Shown one piece after another: positions 30,776-39,919 of a stretch of DNA of 64,000 bases (positions within the stretch are counted from its first letter, which is position 1; each line of letters begins with the position of its first letter). Origin of the DNA: Candidatus Poseidoniaceae archaeon (lineage in GTDB: Archaea; Thermoplasmatota; Poseidoniia; Poseidoniales; Poseidoniaceae); contig JBMZIJ010000002.1 in assembly GCA_049616955.1 (NCBI GenBank), positions 25,972 through 89,971 on the forward strand, given 5' to 3'. Made by a program: the position numbers and the translations under genes. Under the pieces are notes generated by a model. That model was given only the letters and a program-made list of their open reading frames with translations. It was not told where the DNA came from and did not search any database.

Positions 30776-31003
30776 TCACATGCAAGTGTTTGCCAGTGGA
30801 TGTCCACCAGTCGGAGCAGAACCGGTATGTACTCCATCTGGTTCTTCGACGATGACCGAAAGAAGTGTGTTGACAAGTTCTTTCAATTCATCGACTTGGT
30901 TTTGTAATTCTTTGATTCGTGCCTTTGTATCGGTCTTCTTTTCAGTAGCAGTGTTCATGCAAATCCCATCCGAAGAAGTTGCCTTCTTCAGATTAAAGTT
31001 CAT
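30776..31003 (-). CDS. Small hypothetical coiled-coil protein (75 aa)
   Basis: Charged heptad-like ARIKELQNQVDELKELVNTLL. Lies directly downstream of two tRNAs on the same strand. A competing 82-aa plus-strand ORF overlaps it. Confidence 0.25.
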   Translation of the reverse strand: MNFNLKKATSSDGICMNTATEKKTDTKARIKELQNQVDELKELVNTLLSVIVEEPDGVHTGSAPTGGHPLANTCM

Positions 31004-31058
31004 CTCGACATCTCTTAATGTTTGTTGAACAAATTGAACTCTTGAAACGATTTGAGGA

Positions 31059-31133
31059 TGGAGCCACCGGCGAGGATCGAACTCGCGACCTCCTCATTAC
31101 CAATGAGGTGCTATACCACTAAGCCACGGTGGC
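31059..31133 (-). tRNA. tRNA-Thr (anticodon GGU)
   Basis: Minus-strand sequence GCCACCG…CCTCA-TTGGTAA-TGAGG…GCGAG-TTCGATC-CTCGC-CGGTGGC-T-CCA folds as a cloverleaf. CCA is encoded. Confidence 0.85.
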
Positions 31134-31205
31134 GGCGTCCATGCCACCAAGCATTTCGATATAACCGCTTCGCGTCCTCCCAAAATAGGACACTTGAGTC
31201 TAAGT

Positions 31206-31291
31206 TGGCGCCGAGAGAGAGATTTGAACTCCCGAGGGACGGGCCCACGCGATTTCCAGTCGCGCGCACTACCAGGCTATGCGATCTCGGC
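31206..31291 (-). tRNA. tRNA-Ser (anticodon GGA), long variable arm
   Basis: GCCGAGA…CGCGA-CTGGAAA-TCGCG, variable arm GGGCCCGTCCC, GGGAG-TTCAAAT-CTCTC-TCTCGGC-G-CCA. Confidence 0.85.
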
Positions 31292-31315
31292 TCGCAAATC
31301 AGCCCAACCATCATC

Positions 31316-31326
31316 AGGGTTTAACG
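31316..31326 (-). promoter_or_regulatory. Putative archaeal TATA-like element upstream of the tRNA-Ser/tRNA-Thr pair
   Basis: Minus-strand GCGTTAAACCC, about 25-35 nt upstream of the tRNA-Ser 5' end. Prediction from spacing only. Confidence 0.25.
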
Positions 31327-31378
31327 CTCTCGCTTGTCACTGTTGCAACGCAAGAACCTCAAAGGGGGACGTTTACGG

Positions 31379-32305
31379 ATGGGCATGGACGGTGGGGAAT
31401 CAACGACCCATGACGCATCCCATGATGCCTTGCCATTTCGCTTAACGGACGTTCATGTCCAACCGAAATTCTTTGATTTTCACCCGAGTATACCCCAGAT
31501 TCGAAAAGAATTAATGTTCCAGTGGAGATTGATACGTACGGATTGGAATCAGCAATTCACAATTGCCATGATTTCGGCAATCCTTGCGGTCTTACTCGGT
31601 GCGCTCAATGCCGACGTCTTTGATGGAGGAAACGCCAAGATTGCTGGACTGGAAGGCCTTCAAGTTGCAGGAAGTACAGCCTATTTCCAAATGGTTGTTT
31701 CCTTGCTCTGTTGGGGTTGGTTCTTGTTTTTATTGATTCAATTGTTCCCTATCATGCGCACACACACAATCACACTTCTCCTGATTTGGGGAGGTTTTGG
31801 AATAGCACAAGTCTTCTTCCATTCAACCAACAAGGATTTCCCAGTTGGACTTTCCCTCTCAGATATGATGGGAGGATTCCTCATCACACTTGTGTGTGTG
31901 TTCTTCTTGTACTTCTTTGTCAAAGCCGTGCGTGAGACAAGAGACTTGCATGTCGAAACACACCACTTGCATGAGGATGTACGAGTGATGGAAGAAGCGA
32001 TGTTAGAACACTCTCTTCGAGGATGGGTTTTGCTTTGTGTCTCATGGGCGGGCTTGGCAATGCTGAGCGCTTGGAGTGGATCACAATACATTGCTGAGCG
32101 AACTGGTTCACGAACGTGGGCTCTTACATTGCACATATTGTTTTCAATTCTTACCATCCCGCTTCTGATGTGGACACTTTGGTTTCCACAGAAAATGCTT
32201 GGAAACGAAGCACGTGTACGTACCAAGGCCGCAGTCTCAGCAGATGAAGATTTGATGAGTAAAGCAGAATTGATTGAAGTTTCACCTGACAAGGAGGCAT
32301 GGTAA
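31379..32305 (+). CDS. Hypothetical polytopic membrane protein
   Basis: Several hydrophobic helices. The track ORF begins at a TTG; the first ATG is at 31379. An 8-nt overlap with the next gene suggests translational coupling. Confidence 0.45.
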   Translation: MGMDGGESTTHDASHDALPFRLTDVHVQPKFFDFHPSIPQIRKELMFQWRLIRTDWNQQFTIAMISAILAVLLGALNADVFDGGNAKIAGLEGLQVAGSTAYFQMVVSLLCWGWFLFLLIQLFPIMRTHTITLLLIWGGFGIAQVFFHSTNKDFPVGLSLSDMMGGFLITLVCVFFLYFFVKAVRETRDLHVETHHLHEDVRVMEEAMLEHSLRGWVLLCVSWAGLAMLSAWSGSQYIAERTGSRTWALTLHILFSILTIPLLMWTLWFPQKMLGNEARVRTKAAVSADEDLMSKAELIEVSPDKEAW

Positions 32306-33522
32306 TGGATTTGAAGAAACGACGTGAAGATTTTCCCGCCTTGTGTGAAGAGAATCCAGTTGCCTATCTTGACAATGCCTGCGTTACGTTGCGACCGCAT
32401 TCAGTAATCAACGCAATTTCAGATTACTACACCAAAACACCAGGATGTGGTGGGCGCTCTGTACACCGATTCGGAACAACAGTATCGAAAACCATTGCTC
32501 AATCACGATCCACACTTAGCAAATTTTTCAATGCCCCATCCGTGAATGAAATCGTCTTCACAAGAAACGCTACGCACAGCTTAAATCAAGTTGCGAAAGG
32601 CTTGTCATGGTCAAAGGGGGACGTCATTCTAACCACGGATCGTGAACACAATTCCAACCTCGTTCCTTGGCTACAACTCGAACAAGAGCAGGGTGTTGAT
32701 CACCGAGTCGTGCCTTCAAATACAGACAATACATTTGATTTGGAGGCATTCGAAAACATGTGTGCTGATGCAGGAAATCAACTACGTATGGTCTCCGTCA
32801 GCCAAGTTGGCAATCTTGATGGAATCGAAACGCCCATCAAGGAAATCACCAAAATTGCCAAGGATTTCGATGCACTTGTCTGTGTTGATGGTGCTCAATC
32901 AGCACCGCATATGCCTGTTGATGTACAAGAAATGGGGATCGATTTCTTTGCATTTTCAATCCATAAAATGCTTGGACCCTCAGGAATGGGTGGCCTTTGG
33001 GGGAGAGAGGAACTACTCAATTCGATGCGTACAATTCAATCTGGGGGTCAAACAGTCAAAACATCGACCTATGATGGGGTCGAGTGGGCTACAACACCTT
33101 CAAAGTTTGAAGGTGGTTTAGGTCATTTTGCAGGAATGATGGCCACAGGTGCTGCTATTGATTACTTGTCCACGTTGGATATGAACCATGTTCATGAACA
33201 CGAAATCCATCTCAACCGAATCATGTCTGATGGTGTCAAAGATTTAGATGGCGTTTCAATTATTGGGCCAGAAGATGCAGCAAAACGTGGTGGCATCTGT
33301 TCACTACTACTTGATGAAAAGTTGCCTGCACACGATATCGCCCTTCTCCTTGACGAAGTTTCAGGCGTAATGGTTCGTTCTGGACAACACTGCGTCCATT
33401 CATGGTTTAATGACAGAGGATACAATGGCTCATTAAGGGCATCTGCTTACTTCTACAACACTGAAGAGGACGTCCGACGATTTGTTGATACATTTTCTGA
33501 GGCTGTTGAAGCATTCCAATGA
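32299..33522 (+). CDS. Aminotransferase class V, SufS/CsdA-like cysteine desulfurase
   Basis: PLP-lysine context FSIHKMLGPSGMGGLWG and C-terminal RSGQHCVHSW (resembles SufS R-G-H-H-C-A). N-terminal RREDFPAL…YLDNA. Confidence 0.75.
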   Translation: MVMDLKKRREDFPALCEENPVAYLDNACVTLRPHSVINAISDYYTKTPGCGGRSVHRFGTTVSKTIAQSRSTLSKFFNAPSVNEIVFTRNATHSLNQVAKGLSWSKGDVILTTDREHNSNLVPWLQLEQEQGVDHRVVPSNTDNTFDLEAFENMCADAGNQLRMVSVSQVGNLDGIETPIKEITKIAKDFDALVCVDGAQSAPHMPVDVQEMGIDFFAFSIHKMLGPSGMGGLWGREELLNSMRTIQSGGQTVKTSTYDGVEWATTPSKFEGGLGHFAGMMATGAAIDYLSTLDMNHVHEHEIHLNRIMSDGVKDLDGVSIIGPEDAAKRGGICSLLLDEKLPAHDIALLLDEVSGVMVRSGQHCVHSWFNDRGYNGSLRASAYFYNTEEDVRRFVDTFSEAVEAFQ

Positions 33523-33531
33523 GGGTCAAGA

Positions 33532-34668
33532 ATGACAGACGACCATGGTGATGCTGGTCCAACTCAAACGCTCTCATCGCAATTGGAAAAAGATCTCGAA
33601 GTTGTTCGCCGCATCGTCAGTGTAACGATGGGAGCTCTCCTCATACTCGTTGCAGGATTTGCATACAACATCATTGTTGGAGATGGACTCACCTTCGTCA
33701 AACCGAGTGAATCGCTGATTGAATCCGAAAAATCATACAAAGAACTCATCAATCTCCCAAGTGAGTACTCTGGTGCGGGCGTCGATGTCTGCATTGTCGA
33801 CACTGGATTTGAATTGAATCATCCAGACCTCGAAAACTTCGAAGTCGCTGGATGGATTGATGTGGTTCAAGGAAAATCAAATCCTTACGATGACAATGGT
33901 CATGGGACAAACATGGCAGGTATCCTTGTTGCAGATGGTTGGATCAATGGTGTTGCTAAGGATGTCAATCTCTACGTAGCAAAATCCTTGTTGGCCAATG
34001 GGTCTGGATATGAGGAGGATGTTGTAGCTGGAATCGATTGGTGTATCAATCAAAACGTCAACATCATCTCACTTTCCCTCGGAGGCGGACAAGATTTGTT
34101 TCCGTTTTTGGGCTCTTCCGGACGAACCATCGAGGACTCCGTTAATGATGCAACAGCTCGCGGTATTTTTGTCATCGCTGCTGCTGGAAATGATGGAGAT
34201 GACGACGATGGAGATGTCGCTTCACCAGGTAGTGAGCGCAGAGTGATTTGTGTTGGTGGCGTGACCCCAAATGGCAGCCCATGGGTGAAATCATCAATAG
34301 GGGATAATGGATTTCGTGACACTTGGCCATTTGTTCCACGAAATGATCCCGACAAGAAACCAGAACTTGTGGCACCAGCCGTTGAAGTTCCAGTGCTTAA
34401 TACGCAAGGAACGTGGTCTTCTGCAAGTGGAACAAGCGCAGCAACGGTCTACGTAACTGGAGCGTTAGCACTTCTTCTCGAAGCACATCCCGAACTGGCA
34501 AGTAATGGCACTGATGGGGATGTTTCGACGATTGATCAGGTCAAGGATTGGATTATGCAAACGGTTCAACCCAAATACGGACAAACCGATCACGACGACA
34601 AGTATGGGTACGGCCTCCTCGATATCGAAGCATTGATCCAATTGGCTGACGATGAGTCTAGCGCTTGA
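33532..34668 (+). CDS. Subtilisin-like serine protease (S8) with N-terminal signal-anchor
   Basis: CIVDTGFELNHPDL (Asp), HGTNMAGIL (His), SGTSAATVYVTGALALL (Ser). N-terminal TM IVSVTMGALLILVAGFAY. Confidence 0.8.
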   Translation: MTDDHGDAGPTQTLSSQLEKDLEVVRRIVSVTMGALLILVAGFAYNIIVGDGLTFVKPSESLIESEKSYKELINLPSEYSGAGVDVCIVDTGFELNHPDLENFEVAGWIDVVQGKSNPYDDNGHGTNMAGILVADGWINGVAKDVNLYVAKSLLANGSGYEEDVVAGIDWCINQNVNIISLSLGGGQDLFPFLGSSGRTIEDSVNDATARGIFVIAAAGNDGDDDDGDVASPGSERRVICVGGVTPNGSPWVKSSIGDNGFRDTWPFVPRNDPDKKPELVAPAVEVPVLNTQGTWSSASGTSAATVYVTGALALLLEAHPELASNGTDGDVSTIDQVKDWIMQTVQPKYGQTDHDDKYGYGLLDIEALIQLADDESSA

Positions 34669-35374
34669 AAAAAGCAACAATTGTCCCCCCAAAGAGAGGG
34701 ACGAAAGCCACATGATGCGTCTCCTGAATTGATTGAATCAATTCAATCCATGCATTGAAACCGTCAACCTTTGCCTTCCCATCCTCATCGAGTTCATCGT
34801 ACTCACCGACTGGAGTTTCAGGCTCTGTTGTGTAGAGGACTCCGTTATTGGAAAGCAGTTCCATAGCGGATTGCAAATCGTTTGAGAGACGCGCAAGTGG
34901 TGCATCAACAATGATTGCATCGTACTGTTCTGCAAGCCTTCGCTCATCTGCACCAACACCAGATGCTGTTGTCAATTTCCATGCTTTTTCTTCGGCACAA
35001 AGTGCTGCAAAGTCATTGACGATGATGTTCGACCATGAGGATGCATCGTATCTCGTCAACAGGCGATGAAGAATGACCCCAAACTTCGCACCTTGCTCGA
35101 CAATATCATACCTCTGAATTGGATGTTGATTGAACAAATCGTACAACCAGGCTGAACGGTGACCAATACTTCCACCGACCTCAAGCACAGTCTTCGGCTC
35201 TTGACGACCAATTGCATCACGTAGTCGGCGAAGAACCGAAATTGACCATGTTGACAAGCCCATGTGTTCGAGTTGTGTCGCAATATTTGCTGCAATTTCT
35301 GGCTCATCACGGGAACGTTCATGATCAGCATTCAGTAAACTCGGTAGGATTTGATCTCGGCCTACCTCGCTCAT
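34658..35374 (-). CDS. Class I SAM-dependent methyltransferase (O-methyltransferase-like)
   Basis: Motif I KTVLEVGGSIGHRSAWL. Start set to the ATG at 35374 to avoid overlapping the divergent gene. Confidence 0.55.
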   Translation of the reverse strand: MSEVGRDQILPSLLNADHERSRDEPEIAANIATQLEHMGLSTWSISVLRRLRDAIGRQEPKTVLEVGGSIGHRSAWLYDLFNQHPIQRYDIVEQGAKFGVILHRLLTRYDASSWSNIIVNDFAALCAEEKAWKLTTASGVGADERRLAEQYDAIIVDAPLARLSNDLQSAMELLSNNGVLYTTEPETPVGEYDELDEDGKAKVDGFNAWIELIQSIQETHHVAFVPLFGGTIVAFFKR

Positions 35375-35459
35375 GGTAATGCCTCGATGACCGTTTGTTT
35401 TGAACACTGTGCCGAAACCACATGCGGTGGATTGAAAGGGGGAGCCCATCGAGCGCACC

Positions 35460-36239
35460 ATGAGAACCATGGATGATGACTTCTATGACGAGGACTTCGA
35501 AGATGATGAAGTCATCGAGAATGCGGTTCTATGTCCTACGTGTGAGGATGTAACTGGGCATCAAATTCTCAAAGAAAAAGAGATTGGCCGAGGTAAAGAT
35601 TACCTCCTCCGCTGCGAATCCTGTTCCACTGTTCATGAAATACAATTCAGGGCACCTCCACTCAAGCGCGTACCTTTCATGCTTACCGATGGCCCCAAAT
35701 CTTACATGGCTACAATCGACCTTGATTCTGATGAATGGCTCGAACTTGATGATGTCTTCGAACACGATGAAATGGCATGGAGAATTACTCGATTGGAATC
35801 AGAAAAAGGTTCGGTCGATGAAATAGAAGCAGTGAATCTCGTACGAGCTGTTGCTCTTCGTCAAGACATGCTTCGAGTAAAGATTACGAAGACTCGTGGA
35901 GAATTCTCTACACCTGATGTACTTATTGTTGAAGAAGGTACAACATTCAAAGCCGGTACGATCATTGATATTGGCGTTCAAACCTGGCGCATACGAGCAA
36001 TACACACGGGAGAAGGTCGCACGCTTCGAGGGACTGTTGATGCATCCAAGATCAAGCGTATGTACTTGCACGAACCACCTCGCCCAGAACGATTCGAACC
36101 GAAAACGCCTCGAGAGCGACGTCAAGCATGGAAGGAAGGTCGTCTTGGATTCAATCCAAACCCAATCCTTCCGAAGGAACACATCAAAAAGCGTGTTAAG
36201 CCTACAAACAAGCGGAAGAAAAAGAAAGCCCGCAAGTGA
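35460..36239 (+). CDS. Zn-ribbon protein with strongly basic C-terminal tail (possible nucleic-acid binding)
   Basis: CPTCEDVTGH…CESCSTVHEI is a four-Cys ribbon, followed by the tail KKRVKPTNKRKKKKARK. No family recognised. Confidence 0.4.
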   Translation: MRTMDDDFYDEDFEDDEVIENAVLCPTCEDVTGHQILKEKEIGRGKDYLLRCESCSTVHEIQFRAPPLKRVPFMLTDGPKSYMATIDLDSDEWLELDDVFEHDEMAWRITRLESEKGSVDEIEAVNLVRAVALRQDMLRVKITKTRGEFSTPDVLIVEEGTTFKAGTIIDIGVQTWRIRAIHTGEGRTLRGTVDASKIKRMYLHEPPRPERFEPKTPRERRQAWKEGRLGFNPNPILPKEHIKKRVKPTNKRKKKKARK

Positions 36240-37208
36240 TCAAGGTCGGTTGGTCCAAGGCATCAGAAATGCCTTGGCAATTTGGAGACCAATCGTTGGA
36301 TTTTCTTGCAATCGACGAATGCTGTATTCGTACCATTTTTCCCCGTATGGAATATAGACGCGAGTACGATGACCTTGTTTTGTCAATTTTCTTCGCATCG
36401 GACCTCGAACCCCGAGCAACATTTGGAATTCATATCCTGGGCCTTTTCCATTTCTGGGCTCACCTGCATTGTCCCGAGGATCGTCAATTGAGGGACCCAT
36501 CTTGAATTCCTTCAGAACCTCAAGGGAGTAATCAACGACAGGAACATCATGGGATGCAATTCCGACATATGCACCGTGCTCCAACGCCTTGCGTATTGCT
36601 TCATTGGTTTTCTCACGTATGTCTGAACGAGAGGTGTATGCAATCTCTTCCGGCTCCAAATAGATTCCTTTGCAGATTCGATAGTCTGCATTTGAGCCAA
36701 TTGCAACACCAACGCTTTCGATATCATCTGGAGTTCGATGAAGACGTCCCTGAAGCACAGTTCCAACATTCGTCAATCCCTTTTCATGCAAGTCGAGGAC
36801 AACTTGAATTGTTTCTGTCGTAACGCGATGATCCTCCATATCGAGGCGAACGAACATATCATGTGTTGCCGCTTGTCGAACAAGGGACTCAATGTTCTCC
36901 ATTCCTTTGTCCTTATCGATGAGCAGACCAAAAGCTGTTGGTTTGATGGAGAGGTTTGCGTCAAATTTATTCTCAACAATTGCATTCATCACACGAACGT
37001 ATTCGTCGAGAAAGAATTGTGCCTCATCCAGCGAGGAGATTTCTTCTCCAAGAACATCGATGGTAAAGCAGGCTCCTTCAGATTCGAGACGTTTCATCAC
37101 TGCAACTGCGTCCTTGAGTGTCGAACCGGCGACGTATCGTCTTGAAACCCAGCGAACAAACCAACGAGGCATGCGTAATGTCATTGCCACGATGAGTTTT
37201 GACAGCAT
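36240..37208 (-). CDS. Proline dehydrogenase family protein
   Basis: SIKPTAFG, RLDMEDH, YEFQMLLGVR and RVYIPYGEKWYEYSIRRLQENP match the PutA-type PRODH barrel. Confidence 0.75.
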   Translation of the reverse strand: MLSKLIVAMTLRMPRWFVRWVSRRYVAGSTLKDAVAVMKRLESEGACFTIDVLGEEISSLDEAQFFLDEYVRVMNAIVENKFDANLSIKPTAFGLLIDKDKGMENIESLVRQAATHDMFVRLDMEDHRVTTETIQVVLDLHEKGLTNVGTVLQGRLHRTPDDIESVGVAIGSNADYRICKGIYLEPEEIAYTSRSDIREKTNEAIRKALEHGAYVGIASHDVPVVDYSLEVLKEFKMGPSIDDPRDNAGEPRNGKGPGYEFQMLLGVRGPMRRKLTKQGHRTRVYIPYGEKWYEYSIRRLQENPTIGLQIAKAFLMPWTNRP

Positions 37209-37225
37209 GACTTAGCCACCTCATG

Positions 37226-38182
37226 TCATTGGCCTGCTTGGCATCCTTTGACCATTTCCAAAAACGCATTAGTTCGAACGACTTCAATGCCAACGGATTC
37301 CAAATGCTCGTAAATCAATTGACGTTGCCATCCTTTGAATGATTTTTTTTCAACATTACAGACGACTTTTCCTCCCGGGAATGCCTTTTTTGTGGAAGAG
37401 AGCGCAGCATCGATGGATTGTTTCCAAAGAAGACCTGGGTCTTCTTGAGAACCAAACGGGAGTGAATGATTGGCCAACATGTGGCCAAGCCAGACGTTCT
37501 CTTCGAGTGCTAATTTGTTCGCTTTTGGAGCATAATGGCCTCCTCCTAAAGTCATCAGAACAGGTTCACCAATGTTCGTTGAAGTCCACGCTGAATTGGA
37601 AAAGTTGTTCTCAAAACCGAGGCCTTCACCAATGATCTCGGCAAGAAGTTTCGCCGCCTCCTCATTCGGCCAATAAGGTTCAGTTGAACCAACTTCAATG
37701 AACAGAGCTGGAACATCAAGAATTGGTCCATGGTGCGTCACCTCAAGTGAGAGAGAAAATTCCGGAATGGCTCTCTTTTCCCATTTCTTGTGAAGTAGTC
37801 TCCACCATGAAGCAATTCGAGGATTGGGTGGAGGTGCAAATCCGGAACGTCCCCCGAAAGGAGGTTCTTCTTCAATCGGGTGATGTGGAACGCCAATCGG
37901 ATGCAATGTGAGACAAGGTTGACCGCTGACTGCAGCATGCCTTGATGGAAAAATCACCTCAGTAACATTCTCTCCTGTTGCATTGCACCAGCGCTGGTCG
38001 AGATGATCTTCCCATAGAATCCGTTTCGGTAAGAACCACATGCGAACGTTGCCAATGGCATACGATGGATGCGTTTCGACATCATCTCGCTGTTCCCAAG
38101 GATTGTTCTCAAGGAGGAACTTTGCTTGGTTGGTGGAGGCGATGTCATCACCGTTCACTGCGATGAGGACGACTTCCGCCAT
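37226..38182 (-). CDS. dtdA: D-aminoacyl-tRNA deacylase, archaeal type
   Basis: N-terminus [23 protein letters not shown] and SLEVTHHGP resemble archaeal DTD. ATG at 38182. Confidence 0.65.
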   Translation of the reverse strand: MAEVVLIAVNGDDIASTNQAKFLLENNPWEQRDDVETHPSYAIGNVRMWFLPKRILWEDHLDQRWCNATGENVTEVIFPSRHAAVSGQPCLTLHPIGVPHHPIEEEPPFGGRSGFAPPPNPRIASWWRLLHKKWEKRAIPEFSLSLEVTHHGPILDVPALFIEVGSTEPYWPNEEAAKLLAEIIGEGLGFENNFSNSAWTSTNIGEPVLMTLGGGHYAPKANKLALEENVWLGHMLANHSLPFGSQEDPGLLWKQSIDAALSSTKKAFPGGKVVCNVEKKSFKGWQRQLIYEHLESVGIEVVRTNAFLEMVKGCQAGQ

Positions 38183-39194
38183 GATTGAACCCAAGGGAAG
38201 CCACTTCTTCAAAGCGAGTATTGACAAAGAACCTCTTCATCCTGATTACATGGGCGGGAAAGGAGAGTCAATTCAACTTCCATTTCGCACTCTAAAAATC
38301 ATCGAGACGCCGGAGGTTCAAGGCGTTCATGCGATTGCAATTGGCGTCGATGGTGAACTTTGTCGGCTCGACGAGGATTGGAGTCCAATTGAAGCCTATG
38401 CAAGGCCGTTCCCTATGTCGATCCAACATGCTATCGTTGTGGGCGATGTTCTCATTGCCACGTGGATCGATCGAGAACTTATGTTGGCAAGAATGGGTTG
38501 TATGCCTCTTGACAAACCTTTCAGAAACGGTGTTGAGCGAGGCGATTTACGAATTGCTCGAGAACTTGAACATGCGATCCTTCCAGAGGGGGCTGTATGG
38601 GCTCATGTACTCGATGCGGAACCTCTTGCTTTGACAGGAATGGATGATGGGTTTGCTTTTGTCTTGTGGAATCGAGGGATTTACGCCTTCGATGTCACTG
38701 GAGTCGAGCGGTGGAGAGCGTCGCCGCCAGAATGGCCAGAACTATCGCACCTACCCATGAGTCAGGAAACTGTGGCTCTCCTTGAAACAACGTCGACCAT
38801 CGAAGTCTGGTCAAGGGCGGGTGGATGCTTACGACTCTCAAAATCAAATGGTTCCAAAATTGGCAGCGCTCATTTTGAACTCGAAGGAGGACTTTCAAAC
38901 GTGTATGGAACCGAAACGGAACGGCTCCTTTTGCTCAGTGATGGTCGCTGTTACCAGTACAGGGATGGCGCAAGGGTTGCCGATCTTTCAACAAAAGGTC
39001 CTATTCAACATGCTTTGAGAATGAATCAAGAATTCTGGGTTCTATCTGGATGGCGAGAAGAGATTGCTCTTCGCAATACTGGTGTTGAAGTCTTGAAACA
39101 GGACGAAGTTGTCGTTCAACATTTGGTAAACGATGAGCAACTTTGGCTGCTCACAAATGATGGATACTTGCATCATTCATTCTTGACGGAGTAG
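38181..39194 (+). CDS. Hypothetical protein (repeat / beta-propeller-like)
   Basis: Long ORF. Start uncertain: the first ATG not overlapping dtdA's body is at 38181. Confidence 0.35.
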   Translation: MIEPKGSHFFKASIDKEPLHPDYMGGKGESIQLPFRTLKIIETPEVQGVHAIAIGVDGELCRLDEDWSPIEAYARPFPMSIQHAIVVGDVLIATWIDRELMLARMGCMPLDKPFRNGVERGDLRIARELEHAILPEGAVWAHVLDAEPLALTGMDDGFAFVLWNRGIYAFDVTGVERWRASPPEWPELSHLPMSQETVALLETTSTIEVWSRAGGCLRLSKSNGSKIGSAHFELEGGLSNVYGTETERLLLLSDGRCYQYRDGARVADLSTKGPIQHALRMNQEFWVLSGWREEIALRNTGVEVLKQDEVVVQHLVNDEQLWLLTNDGYLHHSFLTE

Positions 39195-39346
39195 CCACAG
39201 CGACCACATGTCTTGCGGTCAGAGTGTGCTCCAAGGAAGACACCTGGCCCACAGTTCGGACAGTGCTCGGCTTTACGCTCGAGTGTACCGTCATCAGAAA
39301 TCGAATACTTCGACCACTTTGCTTTTGGATTTGGTTCTCCCATCAT
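39173..39346 (-). CDS. rps27ae: 30S ribosomal protein S27ae
   Basis: 57-aa ORF below the track cutoff: [57 protein letters not shown] (C4 zinc ribbon). ATGATG overlaps the S24e stop. Confidence 0.8.
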   Translation of the reverse strand: MMGEPNPKAKWSKYSISDDGTLERKAEHCPNCGPGVFLGAHSDRKTCGRCGYSVKNE

Positions 39347-39696
39347 TCACCACCGTCCTCTGTTTCTTCAGCAACCTCTTCTGTTGCTTCTTCAGCAGTT
39401 TCCTCTGCTGCATTGCCACTTCGGAATCCTTTGTGACGCTCGTGAATGTATTCTGGCTCAACTTTCATGGCTTCAGCATTCTCGTAAATAAACGCCTGAC
39501 CGGTTGTGAGCGCTTGTCCGTACCGAGTCTTGCAGTTCTTGACAACAATGTAATCTGGGTTTGAGCCTGGTTCAAGCGTTTTCACGAGATCCATAATCTC
39601 CTTCTTCGAAGGTGTTTTCGAACCTTTGTGGCTCCACTTAAAATCGATTTCAACTCGGTTGAGAAGTTTGTTTTCTGTTCGGTTTACAATGTCCAT
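39343..39696 (-). CDS. rps24e: 30S ribosomal protein S24e
   Basis: [19 protein letters not shown]…TPSKKEI with an acidic tail. 117 aa. Confidence 0.85.
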   Translation of the reverse strand: MDIVNRTENKLLNRVEIDFKWSHKGSKTPSKKEIMDLVKTLEPGSNPDYIVVKNCKTRYGQALTTGQAFIYENAEAMKVEPEYIHERHKGFRSGNAAEETAEEATEEVAEETEDGGE

Positions 39697-39709
39697 GTGT
39701 TCGTCCTCC

Positions 39710-39919
39710 TTATCGGATGTTTACTTTCAATGCGTAGTGACCTGGTTGGTCGATGTTTAATCGCTCAGCTATCTCTGAGCGTGAAGGGTTCATGATGATG
39801 ACATAACCTTGCCAATCTGAGGTCGTTTGGGCGGAAGGATGACGTGGACATTGATCAACTCCATCCTGTAGGATAAGTCCACAATCACCGCAAGCGAATG
39901 GATTTTTTGCCATGTTCAC
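39710..39919 (-). CDS. spt4: Transcription elongation factor Spt4 / RNA polymerase subunit E''
   Basis: ACGDCG…CPRHP zinc finger, SDWQGYVIIMNPSRSEIAERL…GHYALKV. Confidence 0.75.
   Translation of the reverse strand: MNMAKNPFACGDCGLILQDGVDQCPRHPSAQTTSDWQGYVIIMNPSRSEIAERLNIDQPGHYALKVNIR

Noticed and set aside
30780-31028. 82-aa plus-strand ORF overlapping the 75-aa minus ORF
   Set aside because: Its translation is hydrophobic and low-complexity without charged periodicity. The minus ORF is the more protein-like of the two, though both are low confidence.
31052-31445. Plus-strand ORFs 31052..31324 and 31194..31445
   Set aside because: They overlap the two minus-strand tRNAs and the intergenic spacer.
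39208-39564. 118-aa plus-strand ORF (and 39213/39224 alternatives)
   Set aside because: It is antisense to the well-supported rps27ae/rps24e genes, begins at TTG/ATG by chance and has a Ser/Leu-rich low-complexity translation.
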